This document shows positions 30,288 to 37,692 of a DNA stretch of 64,000 nt, one piece after another. This DNA is from an uncultured Bacteroidia bacterium (GTDB lineage: Bacteria > Bacteroidota > Bacteroidia > Bacteroidales > CAJPTX01). The notes under the pieces were generated by a model, which made no database searches, was not told where the DNA came from, and was given only the letters and a program-made list of their open reading frames with translations. A program made the position numbers and the translations under genes. Where the stretch lies: the NCBI GenBank assembly GCA_938038735.1, contig CALHSW010000029.1, forward strand, positions 39,829 through 103,828, given 5' to 3'. Within the stretch, counting starts at the first letter, position 1. Each line of letters begins with the position of its first letter.

Positions 30288-30388
30288 GTGGGTAAGCGAC
30301 TTATATCGCACCGCTACAACTCTCTATCCTTGCTGCCTTCCGGCCCTGGGGAGGTTCAAGAGGAGCTGGTCGTATAAGACTTACCCAC
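30288..30388 (-). ncRNA. ffs: Signal recognition particle RNA (small 4.5S type)
   Basis: Minus-strand transcript GTGGGTAAG..CTTACCCAC closes a long helix. Its apical part CCAGGGCCGGAAGGCAGCAAGGATAG matches the conserved domain IV (compare E. coli GGUCCGGAAGGAAGCAGCCAAGGCAG). A TACCTTTG box lies just upstream and a T5 run just downstream. Confidence 0.8.
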
Positions 30389-30392
30389 GCCG

Positions 30393-30400
30393 CAAAGGTA
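30393..30400 (-). promoter_or_regulatory. -7 box TACCTTTG driving the SRP RNA
   Basis: The plus strand reads CAAAGGTA, 4 nt upstream of the predicted RNA 5' end. Confidence 0.6.
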
Positions 30401-30704
30401 GGGATTTTTTGAATAATAGCAATGGAGAGGTGTTGGATGGAAGGGTGTGTTCTCGGTTCTAGAAAGGCGAGAGTGGACTTCTCGGGCTGTCGAGCCAAGG
30501 TGCGGAGTGGGGGTAGAGTTCCTAGGATTAGCGTGTTTTCTGCGGTGGATGGATTCCGTGTGTAAAGATTTTCTTGTTGTGTCATATGTTGGAACGCTCA
30601 TTAGAACGATTGTAAATCAGATGTTTAGAATCTATATAGAAATTGACACCGTGCAAAATGGGCGTTGTACAGCCGTGCAACCTTTTGTTAGAAGAAAAAA
30701 TTCA

Positions 30705-30712
30705 TACCTTTG
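30705..30712 (+). promoter_or_regulatory. -7 box TACCTTTG for the HU gene
   Basis: Perfect TAnnTTTG match 46 nt upstream of the ATG at 30758. Confidence 0.6.
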
Positions 30713-30757
30713 CGAGAGTAAATTTGTATGTGAAGAAACTCAAACATTACTAAAGAG

Positions 30758-31033
30758 ATGAATAAAACTCAGCTTATCGATGCGATAGCCAGCGAGGCTG
30801 GCTTGACCAAAGTGCAGGCGCGTGAAGCGTTGGAGGCTATGTTGACAACAACGGTGCAGACCCTCGGCCGTGGGGAGGACGTTACCCTTGTGGGCTTTGG
30901 TTCCTTTAAGGTTGTGGAGCGTAAGGCGCGTATGGGCATGAACCCGCAGACGAAGCAGAAGATTGAAATCCCCGCAACGAAGGTTGTGCGCTTCAAGCCG
31001 GGTAGCGACATTGACAACGCGGTGAAGAAGTAA
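30758..31033 (+). CDS. hup: HU family DNA-binding protein
   Basis: MNKTQLIDAIA..GFGSFKVVERKARMGMNPQTKQKIEIPA is the classic HU/IHF fold signature. Confidence 0.95.
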   Translation: MNKTQLIDAIASEAGLTKVQAREALEAMLTTTVQTLGRGEDVTLVGFGSFKVVERKARMGMNPQTKQKIEIPATKVVRFKPGSDIDNAVKK

Positions 31034-31072
31034 GCACCGTGCTTGCATAAATAGTTGCTGTATGATTTTGAT

Positions 31073-31111
31073 GGCGTGCCGACTTCTAGAGAGGTTGGCA
31101 CGCCTTTTTTT
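31073..31111 (+). terminator. Rho-independent terminator of the HU gene
   Basis: GGCGTGCCGAC / GTTGGCACGCC stem followed by T7. Confidence 0.85.
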
Positions 31112-31164
31112 ATTGAGAGACTGTTTCACGCAGTTGCCCCCTGTCGCTATGTTAACCTCATGCT

Positions 31165-31836
31165 GTGTCCATGACAGATAAGGACGCTATAGCCCTTCTG
31201 AGAGAGTGCATGCTTCCGGATCGGTGGGAGCGGTTATCGGTTGCTGCATACGCTAGAACGCGCTGGGTGACGGCTGCATTTGATAGTTTGTCGCATAGTC
31301 ATAATATCAATGCGGTGCTGCGCACCTGCGAGTGCCTAGGAATTCAAGATGTACACATTGTGACGGGCGGCGCATCGCTAAAAGAGTTTTCGGGAATCTC
31401 TCGGGGAGCGTTAGAGTGGTTGACGGTGCATGAGTACGCCACGCTTACAGAGCAGCTATCGGCCCTGCGTGCGGCGGGGTATCGCCTTGTGGGTACAGCG
31501 CCTCGTCAGGGAGCTAAGGGCGTGCCGGTGGCTGATTTTTCGCCTACAGTGGCGCCAGTCGCCTTACTATTCGGGCAGGAGAAATACGGCATCTCCGAGG
31601 AGGCGAAGGCCGCCATGGAGGAGAGCGTCTTTATACCAATGCCAGGGCTTACGGAAAGCCTCAATGTGTCGGTGGCCGCGGGAATGCTTTTAGGGTCTAT
31701 TCTTGAAAAAATGGAGCGGGAGGGGTTTGGCTATCGTCTAGATGAGGCGGCAGCCGACAGCCTTTTGCTCGCATGGCTCAAAAAAAGCGTGAAGAGTGCA
31801 GAGCTTATTCTAGCGCGGGGTGGGCGAGCTGGGTAG
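31165..31836 (+). CDS. SpoU/TrmH family RNA 2'-O-methyltransferase
   Basis: SPOUT C-terminal motifs LLFGQEKYGISEE and ESLNVSVAAGMLL. The start is GTG 31165 or ATG 31171. Confidence 0.8.
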   Translation: MSMTDKDAIALLRECMLPDRWERLSVAAYARTRWVTAAFDSLSHSHNINAVLRTCECLGIQDVHIVTGGASLKEFSGISRGALEWLTVHEYATLTEQLSALRAAGYRLVGTAPRQGAKGVPVADFSPTVAPVALLFGQEKYGISEEAKAAMEESVFIPMPGLTESLNVSVAAGMLLGSILEKMEREGFGYRLDEAAADSLLLAWLKKSVKSAELILARGGRAG

Positions 31837-31846
31837 GATAAAAAAA

Positions 31847-32818
31847 CTACAGCGCGGCATCCAGCAACGCTTTAGCTATGTGCCACATCATCACCGGGGG
31901 TACTGCGTTGCCTATCTGCCTATAGGCATCCAAATCGGACTTCGGAAGGATGAATGTTTCTGGAAACGACTGGATGCGTGCCGCTTCGCGAGGCGTGAAT
32001 CGGCGATAAATTTCCTTCTCTGCGTCTACCAAGAGGACGGGATCGCGGGAATTTATACTAGCCTTTGCGAGGTGTGAGGTAACCGTGAGGCAGGGTTGGG
32101 ATAGATCCTGCCATAGGCCGCGCTTCATATTGTTCTTTGCCCTCTTCATGCCCGCCACGGCCCGTGCCGAAAAGTAGTACTTAGGGGTGTCCAATGCCAA
32201 CGTATCAATAACGGCGGAGAGCGGCGCATACTCCGGAGGGGATAGCAGAGGCCTAGGGAATCTGTACGTAACGCCCATGTCGTTACGGATGCCAACGATA
32301 ATCACCCGCTCCCGCCTTTGAGGCACGCCGAATTCAACAGCTTTAACCAGCTGGTAAAAAACAGTATATCCAGCCTCCGAGAATTCCGAAACTACCCTTT
32401 TTATAATCTCGCCTTTCTTTAGCGTCATCAGCCCCTTGACGTTTTCGCAAATGAAAAAGGGAGGCCTTTTCTCCTGTAAAAAGCGCACTACCTCTTTATA
32501 TAGGTTGGCGCGTGCATCGTTGGTATCTTTTGTTGGGTTCACTGTGGAGAACGATTGGCAGGGAAATCCCCCCACCATTAGGTCCACATCTTTAAGGCTA
32601 CGAAAATCTACTGTCCGTACGTCTGCGCACCTCGCGGGATGAGAAAAGTTGGCGTTATAGGTCTCTACTGCCTTCTTGTCGGAGTCAACGGCAAATGTGA
32701 TTTCAAAAGGCAGCGCTGGGTAGTGCTTGGACAAGAACTCGAAGCCGCCCAGTAGCCCTAAATCGCTTCCCCCGCAGCCGCAGAATAGGGATGCCACCCT
32801 TAGCTTACTATCGTTCAT
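31847..32818 (-). CDS. dcm: DNA (cytosine-5)-methyltransferase, solitary
   Basis: Motif I SLFCGCGG, IV GGFPCQSFS, VI ENVKGL, VIII QRRERVIIVG, X GNAVPPVM. No nuclease gene is adjacent. Confidence 0.9.
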   Translation of the reverse strand: MNDSKLRVASLFCGCGGSDLGLLGGFEFLSKHYPALPFEITFAVDSDKKAVETYNANFSHPARCADVRTVDFRSLKDVDLMVGGFPCQSFSTVNPTKDTNDARANLYKEVVRFLQEKRPPFFICENVKGLMTLKKGEIIKRVVSEFSEAGYTVFYQLVKAVEFGVPQRRERVIIVGIRNDMGVTYRFPRPLLSPPEYAPLSAVIDTLALDTPKYYFSARAVAGMKRAKNNMKRGLWQDLSQPCLTVTSHLAKASINSRDPVLLVDAEKEIYRRFTPREAARIQSFPETFILPKSDLDAYRQIGNAVPPVMMWHIAKALLDAAL

Positions 32819-32872
32819 ATCGCTGCTCTATTACGGAGACCTCAGGTTAACACGAATAAGCAATTAGACGCT

Positions 32873-32880
32873 CAAAGTTA
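32873..32880 (-). promoter_or_regulatory. -7 box TAACTTTG for dcm
   Basis: The plus strand reads CAAAGTTA, ~55 nt upstream of the ATG at 32818. Confidence 0.5.
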
Positions 32881-33034
32881 TAATTTTTACATTAAAGCCA
32901 TACGTGTTGTCGTCTCTGCGACGGCGGTGCGCTTATGGCGCAGCCCTGTTGGGGTGGACTAGCGAAACTACATACATTTCAGGTCCCCTGCCAAAGCACT
33001 TAGTATTTTTTCGCCACCATGGAAGTGCCATGTT

Positions 33035-33415
33035 TTATCCGAAGCAGCGGTCTCCAAACTGGTTGACTGCTCGGAAGCGGTTGCGCCCCTCCTCATTGAA
33101 GTCTATGTAAGAAATGTCGAAAGCCACGCCATCACGCTGTCTTGTATAGCGGTAGCCGTCTACAAGGAGGTGATGGGTGGAGCGAAGTCGGTCAAAGTGA
33201 GTCTGCCCATCCGCGAGGTGCAGGTGGTCGATGATATTCGTCACATCATCGGTCTCTAACCTAGTATGCTGTCTCCAGAGAAAACTTGACAAATCCTCCG
33301 TCAGGAGGATCTCTTCATTATGGTGATGCAGCTCACCCCCACGCGAATAGTCCCTTCCCCCCTCTTGCAGGGGAACGATAAGAGCCTCTTCGTATTCGCT
33401 TTCGTAGAACTTCAT
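33035..33415 (-). pseudogene. hsdR: Type I restriction enzyme HsdR, N-terminal remnant (copy A, 126 codons)
   Basis: SEYEEALIVPLQEGGRDY..ELHHHNEEILLTEDLSSFL..YIDFNEEGRNRFRAVNQF follows the HsdR N-terminal pattern. It stops just before the expected PD-(D/E)xK nuclease and helicase regions. No hsdM or hsdS is nearby. Confidence 0.7.
33231..33415 (-). repeat. 185-bp direct repeat, copy A (hsdR 5' coding end)
   Basis: Aligns without gaps to 34868-35052, with 171 of 185 positions identical by hand count. The homology ends exactly at the ATG. Confidence 0.85.
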
Positions 33416-33506
33416 GTTTCGTGCGTTGAGTTTACCTGCATCTTGACAGCCTAATCAATAGGACTATGAGTGCAGACCATATATGTATCAGAAGTTACAT
33501 ACACTT

Positions 33507-33616
33507 GAAAAGCCGTTTTGGGGTACATATTCGCGCTGACGTGTACCCGAAAAGCCGTTTTCGGGTACATATTCGTGCTGACATGTACCCGAAAAGCCGT
33601 TTTAGGGTACACGTCC
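33507..33616. repeat. 42-bp tandem repeat, about 2.6 copies, each unit with two hairpins
   Basis: Units lie at 33507-33548, 33549-33590 and a partial one at 33591-33616. Units 1 and 2 differ at 3 of 42 positions. Each contains GGGTACA..TGTACCC and GAAAAGCCGTTTTC inverted repeats. Confidence 0.85.
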
Positions 33617-34756
33617 TTACTGCCTGACAGATTCAATACTTTCGGTATTAGTTGTTTCATCGATGCGATGATGAATAAACAAGTCCATCAATTTTGTATT
33701 GATGTAATAGTTGCTTCGTCCAAGTTTTACCTTTTCGAGCAACCCCATGTCAACAATTGTGTCAAGGTACTTTGTGGCGGTTTTGCGTTGCACCATCATG
33801 TCTTTCTGCATGTATTCAATCTTGGTGTAAGGGTGAAAGAATAGGTTGTTTACCAGTTCGTGCTTATACAGTCTACCAAAAATGGGACGCAATTTGTTTT
33901 TATATTCCTTCATAAGATCCGAAATCTGCTTGATAAGCTCTATGGTCTGCGTCGCAGTTTCTTCTATGCCTTTAAGCATGAATAACACCCACTGCTCCCA
34001 TTCCTCAAAGTTGTCGGTATTCTTGTCCCTTATACGTTGGATAAGGCGATAGTACTCCCCCTTGTTGTGCGTGATGTATCGGCTCAGATAGAGGATAGGC
34101 AGGTCCAACAGGTCGTTAATAATGAGGTACAGTATAATGATTATTCTCCCCGTTCTGCCATTGCCGTCATAGAAAGGGTGAATGCTTTCAAACTGATGGT
34201 GAATGATAGCCAGTTTTATTAAAGGGTCTACCTCGTGCAGACTCTTGTCGTTGATATATGCTTCAAGATTATCCAAGCAAAGCATAATCTCATCATTTTC
34301 TTGAGGTGGAGTATATACCACATCGCCGTTTGATGATTTCAACACTGTGCCGGGTTCCTTACGGAATCCGGCGGTATTACCCTCCAGCACCTGCTGTATC
34401 GCAAGAATGTCATTAAGTGTAAGGAGTTTATTCTTACGTGCGAGATTAAAACCGACTGACATAGCTTCCCGGTACAGTAGCACCTCTTTAGTAGCGACAT
34501 TGCTGATGTGCCCTTTCATATTCAAGTCGGCTTTATAGAGGTCGTCTGAAGTGGTGACAATGTTTTCTACAGCCGAACTGTCCAACGCTTCCTGCAACAC
34601 CAAAGTGTTGAGTAGTATGTTCTCATTTGGAATAGTCAGGGCTATCCCCTTCAATTCCGCCAGTCGTCGGTTGGCAGCATTTACTTGCTTTAATACAGCT
34701 TTTGTCTCAACATCGTATGGAAGAGGCAACCGTGGTATCTTGTATTTCGCGTCCAT
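33617..34756 (-). CDS. Fic family protein with an N-terminal Fic_N region and a C-terminal wHTH-like tail
   Basis: Fic core HPFYDGNGRTGR. An N-terminal SSAVEN matches the inhibitory [ST]xxxE[GN] motif. The probable start MDAKYKIPRLP is at 34756, although the ORF is open to 34828. Confidence 0.85.
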   Translation of the reverse strand: MDAKYKIPRLPLPYDVETKAVLKQVNAANRRLAELKGIALTIPNENILLNTLVLQEALDSSAVENIVTTSDDLYKADLNMKGHISNVATKEVLLYREAMSVGFNLARKNKLLTLNDILAIQQVLEGNTAGFRKEPGTVLKSSNGDVVYTPPQENDEIMLCLDNLEAYINDKSLHEVDPLIKLAIIHHQFESIHPFYDGNGRTGRIIIILYLIINDLLDLPILYLSRYITHNKGEYYRLIQRIRDKNTDNFEEWEQWVLFMLKGIEETATQTIELIKQISDLMKEYKNKLRPIFGRLYKHELVNNLFFHPYTKIEYMQKDMMVQRKTATKYLDTIVDMGLLEKVKLGRSNYYINTKLMDLFIHHRIDETTNTESIESVRQ

Positions 34757-34770
34757 ATCCCTTTGGCCGT

Positions 34771-35052
34771 TTAACTGTATATGGCATGCCGTACCAGGGC
34801 TGGGCAGAGCGTTGTGAGCCTTTCGCATGCCTCCCGGGCAATGCTTCTCGCCTCCTTGATACAGTCTATGGTATTCGTTACATCATCGGTCTCTAACCCA
34901 GTATGCTGTCTCCAGAGAAAACTTGACAAATCCTCCGTCAGGAGAAGCTCTTCATTATGGCGATGCAGCTCACTCCCACGCGTATAGTCCCATCCTCCCT
35001 CTTGCAGGAGAACGATAAGAGCCTCTTCGTATTCGCTTGCATAGAACTTCAT
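34771..35052 (-). pseudogene. hsdR: Type I restriction enzyme HsdR, N-terminal remnant (copy B, about 60 homologous codons then unrelated sequence)
   Basis: MKFYASEYEEALIVLLQEGGWDYTRGSELHRHNEELLLTEDLSSFLWRQH parallels copy A. It diverges after ~62 codons and terminates at 34771. Confidence 0.65.
34868..35052 (-). repeat. 185-bp direct repeat, copy B (hsdR 5' coding end)
   Basis: Partner of 33231-33415 in the same orientation. Confidence 0.85.
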
Positions 35053-35077
35053 AGTCGTAAATATTTATCTTGGGGGC

Positions 35078-35953
35078 TCAGTTTCCTTGCTCGTAGTAGT
35101 ACGAGTAGTCAATCCCCTTCATAAAAGTTTCTCTATCGTTTACCTTATCCGTAAGCGCAGAGTGTAGTAGACATTTCAAGCTTGTGGCATCTGCAACACT
35201 GGCCTTCATAGCTTCGAGATAAGTATATTTATTCACTTGGCTCCAGTCCACACACAGCCCAAGTTGCTTCTTGAGCATTAAGTCGAGCCAAATACGTGTG
35301 GCACGCCCATTACCTTCCCGAAAAGGATGAGCGATATCCATCTCCACATACTTATCAATAATCTGCTCCCATGTCTGCTCCGGCATTTGTTCTATGTTAG
35401 CAAGTGTGTTAGGTAGGTACTGAGCCATGGCAAACTGAAAGCCTCCTTTGGCGATATTGACTTGCCTGATTTGTCCTGCAAAGTCGTAAAGTCCACCGAA
35501 AAGATAGGCATGTATCTGTTGGAGGCCTTGCACCGTACCCACCTCGATGCTGTCTAAGAGGTTGCCTTCAAAAAGGGCATACGCCTTGGAGCGACTGCGC
35601 CCATCAATAGTCTCTTCTCCTCCCACAAACCACTCCACGAAACGCATAGCGCGATCGCTGGGAAAGCTCTGTGCAAGCGCCACGACTCCTTTGTCGTCAA
35701 GTGTATCCGTTAGGCGCTTTTTACCATCTGGCGCGAGGAGTTTCAACTGGTTAGTGGCACTAACCACTTCACTTCCCGCTCTCTTGAGTTTCGTCTTTAG
35801 ATACTTCCAGTAGTTCCTATTCTTATTGTAATCGTCTTGGTCGTTTAGTACCCCTATGATGTCCAGCGCAGAGAACCACCATTTCGACTCTGTCTCGTCC
35901 CAAATGGCTCGCACCTCTCGGTCATTGAAAAAACGTATTGAAATCTTGCTCAT
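35078..35953 (-). CDS. Bro-N-like N-terminal domain fused to a Fic (HPFREGNGR) domain
   Basis: The N-terminus [37 protein letters not shown] resembles the Bro-N/antirepressor-type domain. The Fic core is [12 protein letters not shown]. The C-terminal SYYYEQ lies near the class III inhibitory motif position. Confidence 0.8.
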   Translation of the reverse strand: MSKISIRFFNDREVRAIWDETESKWWFSALDIIGVLNDQDDYNKNRNYWKYLKTKLKRAGSEVVSATNQLKLLAPDGKKRLTDTLDDKGVVALAQSFPSDRAMRFVEWFVGGEETIDGRSRSKAYALFEGNLLDSIEVGTVQGLQQIHAYLFGGLYDFAGQIRQVNIAKGGFQFAMAQYLPNTLANIEQMPEQTWEQIIDKYVEMDIAHPFREGNGRATRIWLDLMLKKQLGLCVDWSQVNKYTYLEAMKASVADATSLKCLLHSALTDKVNDRETFMKGIDYSYYYEQGN

Positions 35954-36090
35954 GCGCTTCGTGTTGTTTTGTCAGGCATCTACGGCATACCATTTTCTTT
36001 TTCTTAGCCATAGTATGTCTAGCTTATTTCAGTCTGTTGATTGCATTCATATAGTGACTTGACAACAGATTAATGGTGCACATACCCATA

Positions 36091-36098
36091 CAAAGGTA
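36091..36098 (-). promoter_or_regulatory. -7 box TACCTTTG upstream of the Bro-N/Fic gene
   Basis: The plus strand reads CAAAGGTA, ~140 nt upstream of the ATG at 35953. Confidence 0.45.
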
Positions 36099-36502
36099 TC
36101 CCTTTTGTTTTGAAGAAACGAATTAAGGAGAGGAATTTACGATTCTTCGGTTGGTGAATGAAAAATCTTCACGGAGAAATGATTTAACTCTTGCGGAAGA
36201 GCGAAACGACATTTCCGTAAGGGGGCCAGCGTTTTCCCGTGGGGGATGACTGCCTCAGCAGGCTCAGTATGAAGTTGAGTATCTTGACCCATGAAGGGGG
36301 TGGCATGCGGAATTGAGCATCGCCTCCAGAAAACCGCCGTTGATTTTTGCCGGATTGCCGCAAGGTATCGGATGTCCTTAGGGTTTCTCTTTGAATAGCC
36401 GTAACCCCTTCTTGGTTACGGTGGAATGTCAGTATAGATGTCTAGCCTAAAGTGGGTATCCCGAGTAACCTCGTCCAGCAAACGATTATTTTTATTGCTC
36501 GT

Positions 36503-37687
36503 TTACATTATCTGATACGTAACGCTTTCGGGGAAAAGTAGCGGCATGCCTCGCTTTTTTATCTTAAAGCTATAGGTGTCGCCGCCTCCGCTAGAACGGC
36601 ATAGTAGTAGGTCAACAGTAATGAGAGCCGACTCTAACAACACGTCAAATTGTGATATAACAGGATTCTTGGTGTGTTCAATGCTGCGATATCGAAAAAA
36701 CTCCTTCCCATTTCTGTACTCATTATCAACGGCAATCCAGAAGGTCTCTCGATGCTTTTCTAGCAATCGTTCGTGTAGCTTGCGTAGAGACCACGTAGCC
36801 ACGTCTTCAATGTGTTCACCATGATGTTGCAGTTCTAGTAGTTCTTCAAGTTGATTGATAGACAACGCTAAGGCTTGGCTGTTCGCCCTTCCACACTGCA
36901 CCGTGTTATGGTAAGTGAGTTTTTGGGTCTTCTCATCTAAGTAACCATACCTTTCAACAATCCTAGAGCTTGACTTTAGGGCGCTGAGTTCCCAATCAGG
37001 AGCCTTTGTAAACAGAACATTCTTGTTTGATGTACGCTTCTCTCGGTGGCTTTTAAGCTCTATGCTCTTGTAGTCGGGCGTTGTTTTTGAGTTTTGGTGG
37101 ATACCGAGCATCGTTTCTATTGTTCGTCCGATACCCGTATCAGCTGTGACCTCAGATTGAAACCATTGTCCTCGTTGTTTACGAAAAAATTGTAGAAGCT
37201 CATCAGCCACTGATGTCCTCTTAGTGTATTGCTCCTCAATAAAATCTTTTAAAGGAGTGCAGATTGGGGAAGAAATCGCTTCTACAATATTTGTGCGTGT
37301 AATGTCAATCACGACTAGTTCTTCCTCATTGGCAAATATCGCATGAATGTCATCGGGTGCAGTGTGCGCCCCTAATCCATAAATCCACAATCGAGGATCC
37401 CCTTTTTTAGTTACGGGACGGTATAATGATGTCTTTGTCTTGTATTTTCCTATTTCATCAAGAATTACTGTTGGTACAAAATGCTTATGTTGAGGCCCTT
37501 GTTTTTGTCCCGCGTAATCGTGGATTCCTTTTTCTGAGAAGTAGGTTCTCATGCTGGAAGTAGCGTCTAAAATGCTCTTCTTCAATCCAGTGGAAGTAGT
37601 TTGAACGAGCGTGAAATCTATGCCTTGATTCACAAGAAATCCGATGTTTCTCTCTTCAAATGTTGTAAAAACCCGCATTCGCTCCAT
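36503..37687 (-). CDS. Restriction endonuclease: unassigned N-terminal domain plus a MutH/Sau3AI/MvaI-BcnI-like catalytic domain
   Basis: GIGRTIETMLGIHQNSKTTPDYKSIELKSH parallels the MutH segment KGWIGVLLEIWLG..PEQDFAALGVELKT, giving D205-x4-E210-x-K212. It starts 5 bp after the stop of the upstream C5 methyltransferase. Confidence 0.7.
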   Translation of the reverse strand: MERMRVFTTFEERNIGFLVNQGIDFTLVQTTSTGLKKSILDATSSMRTYFSEKGIHDYAGQKQGPQHKHFVPTVILDEIGKYKTKTSLYRPVTKKGDPRLWIYGLGAHTAPDDIHAIFANEEELVVIDITRTNIVEAISSPICTPLKDFIEEQYTKRTSVADELLQFFRKQRGQWFQSEVTADTGIGRTIETMLGIHQNSKTTPDYKSIELKSHREKRTSNKNVLFTKAPDWELSALKSSSRIVERYGYLDEKTQKLTYHNTVQCGRANSQALALSINQLEELLELQHHGEHIEDVATWSLRKLHERLLEKHRETFWIAVDNEYRNGKEFFRYRSIEHTKNPVISQFDVLLESALITVDLLLCRSSGGGDTYSFKIKKRGMPLLFPESVTYQIM

Positions 37688-37692
37688 TTCTT

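Noticed and set aside
33507-33616. Possible CRISPR array
   Set aside because: The repeat units are contiguous with no spacers, there are only ~2.6 copies, and the window has no cas genes.
33451-33660. 69-aa minus-strand ORF with the repeating peptide MYPKTAFRVHVS
   Set aside because: The periodicity is a translation of the 42-bp DNA tandem repeat. There is no start context and the ORF overlaps the Fic gene's 3' end.
34757-34828. 24-codon N-terminal extension of the Fic ORF (MRKAHNALPSPGTACHIQLNGQRD)
   Set aside because: Fic_N proteins typically begin near the MDAKYKIPRLP segment. The extension would also run into hsdR remnant B.
35922-36011. 29-codon ORF upstream of and overlapping the Bro-N/Fic start, considered as a class I Fic antitoxin
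   Set aside because: It lacks the [ST]xxxE[GN] inhibitory motif required of Fic antitoxins. It is too short to evaluate and is kept only as a note inside the Fic finding.
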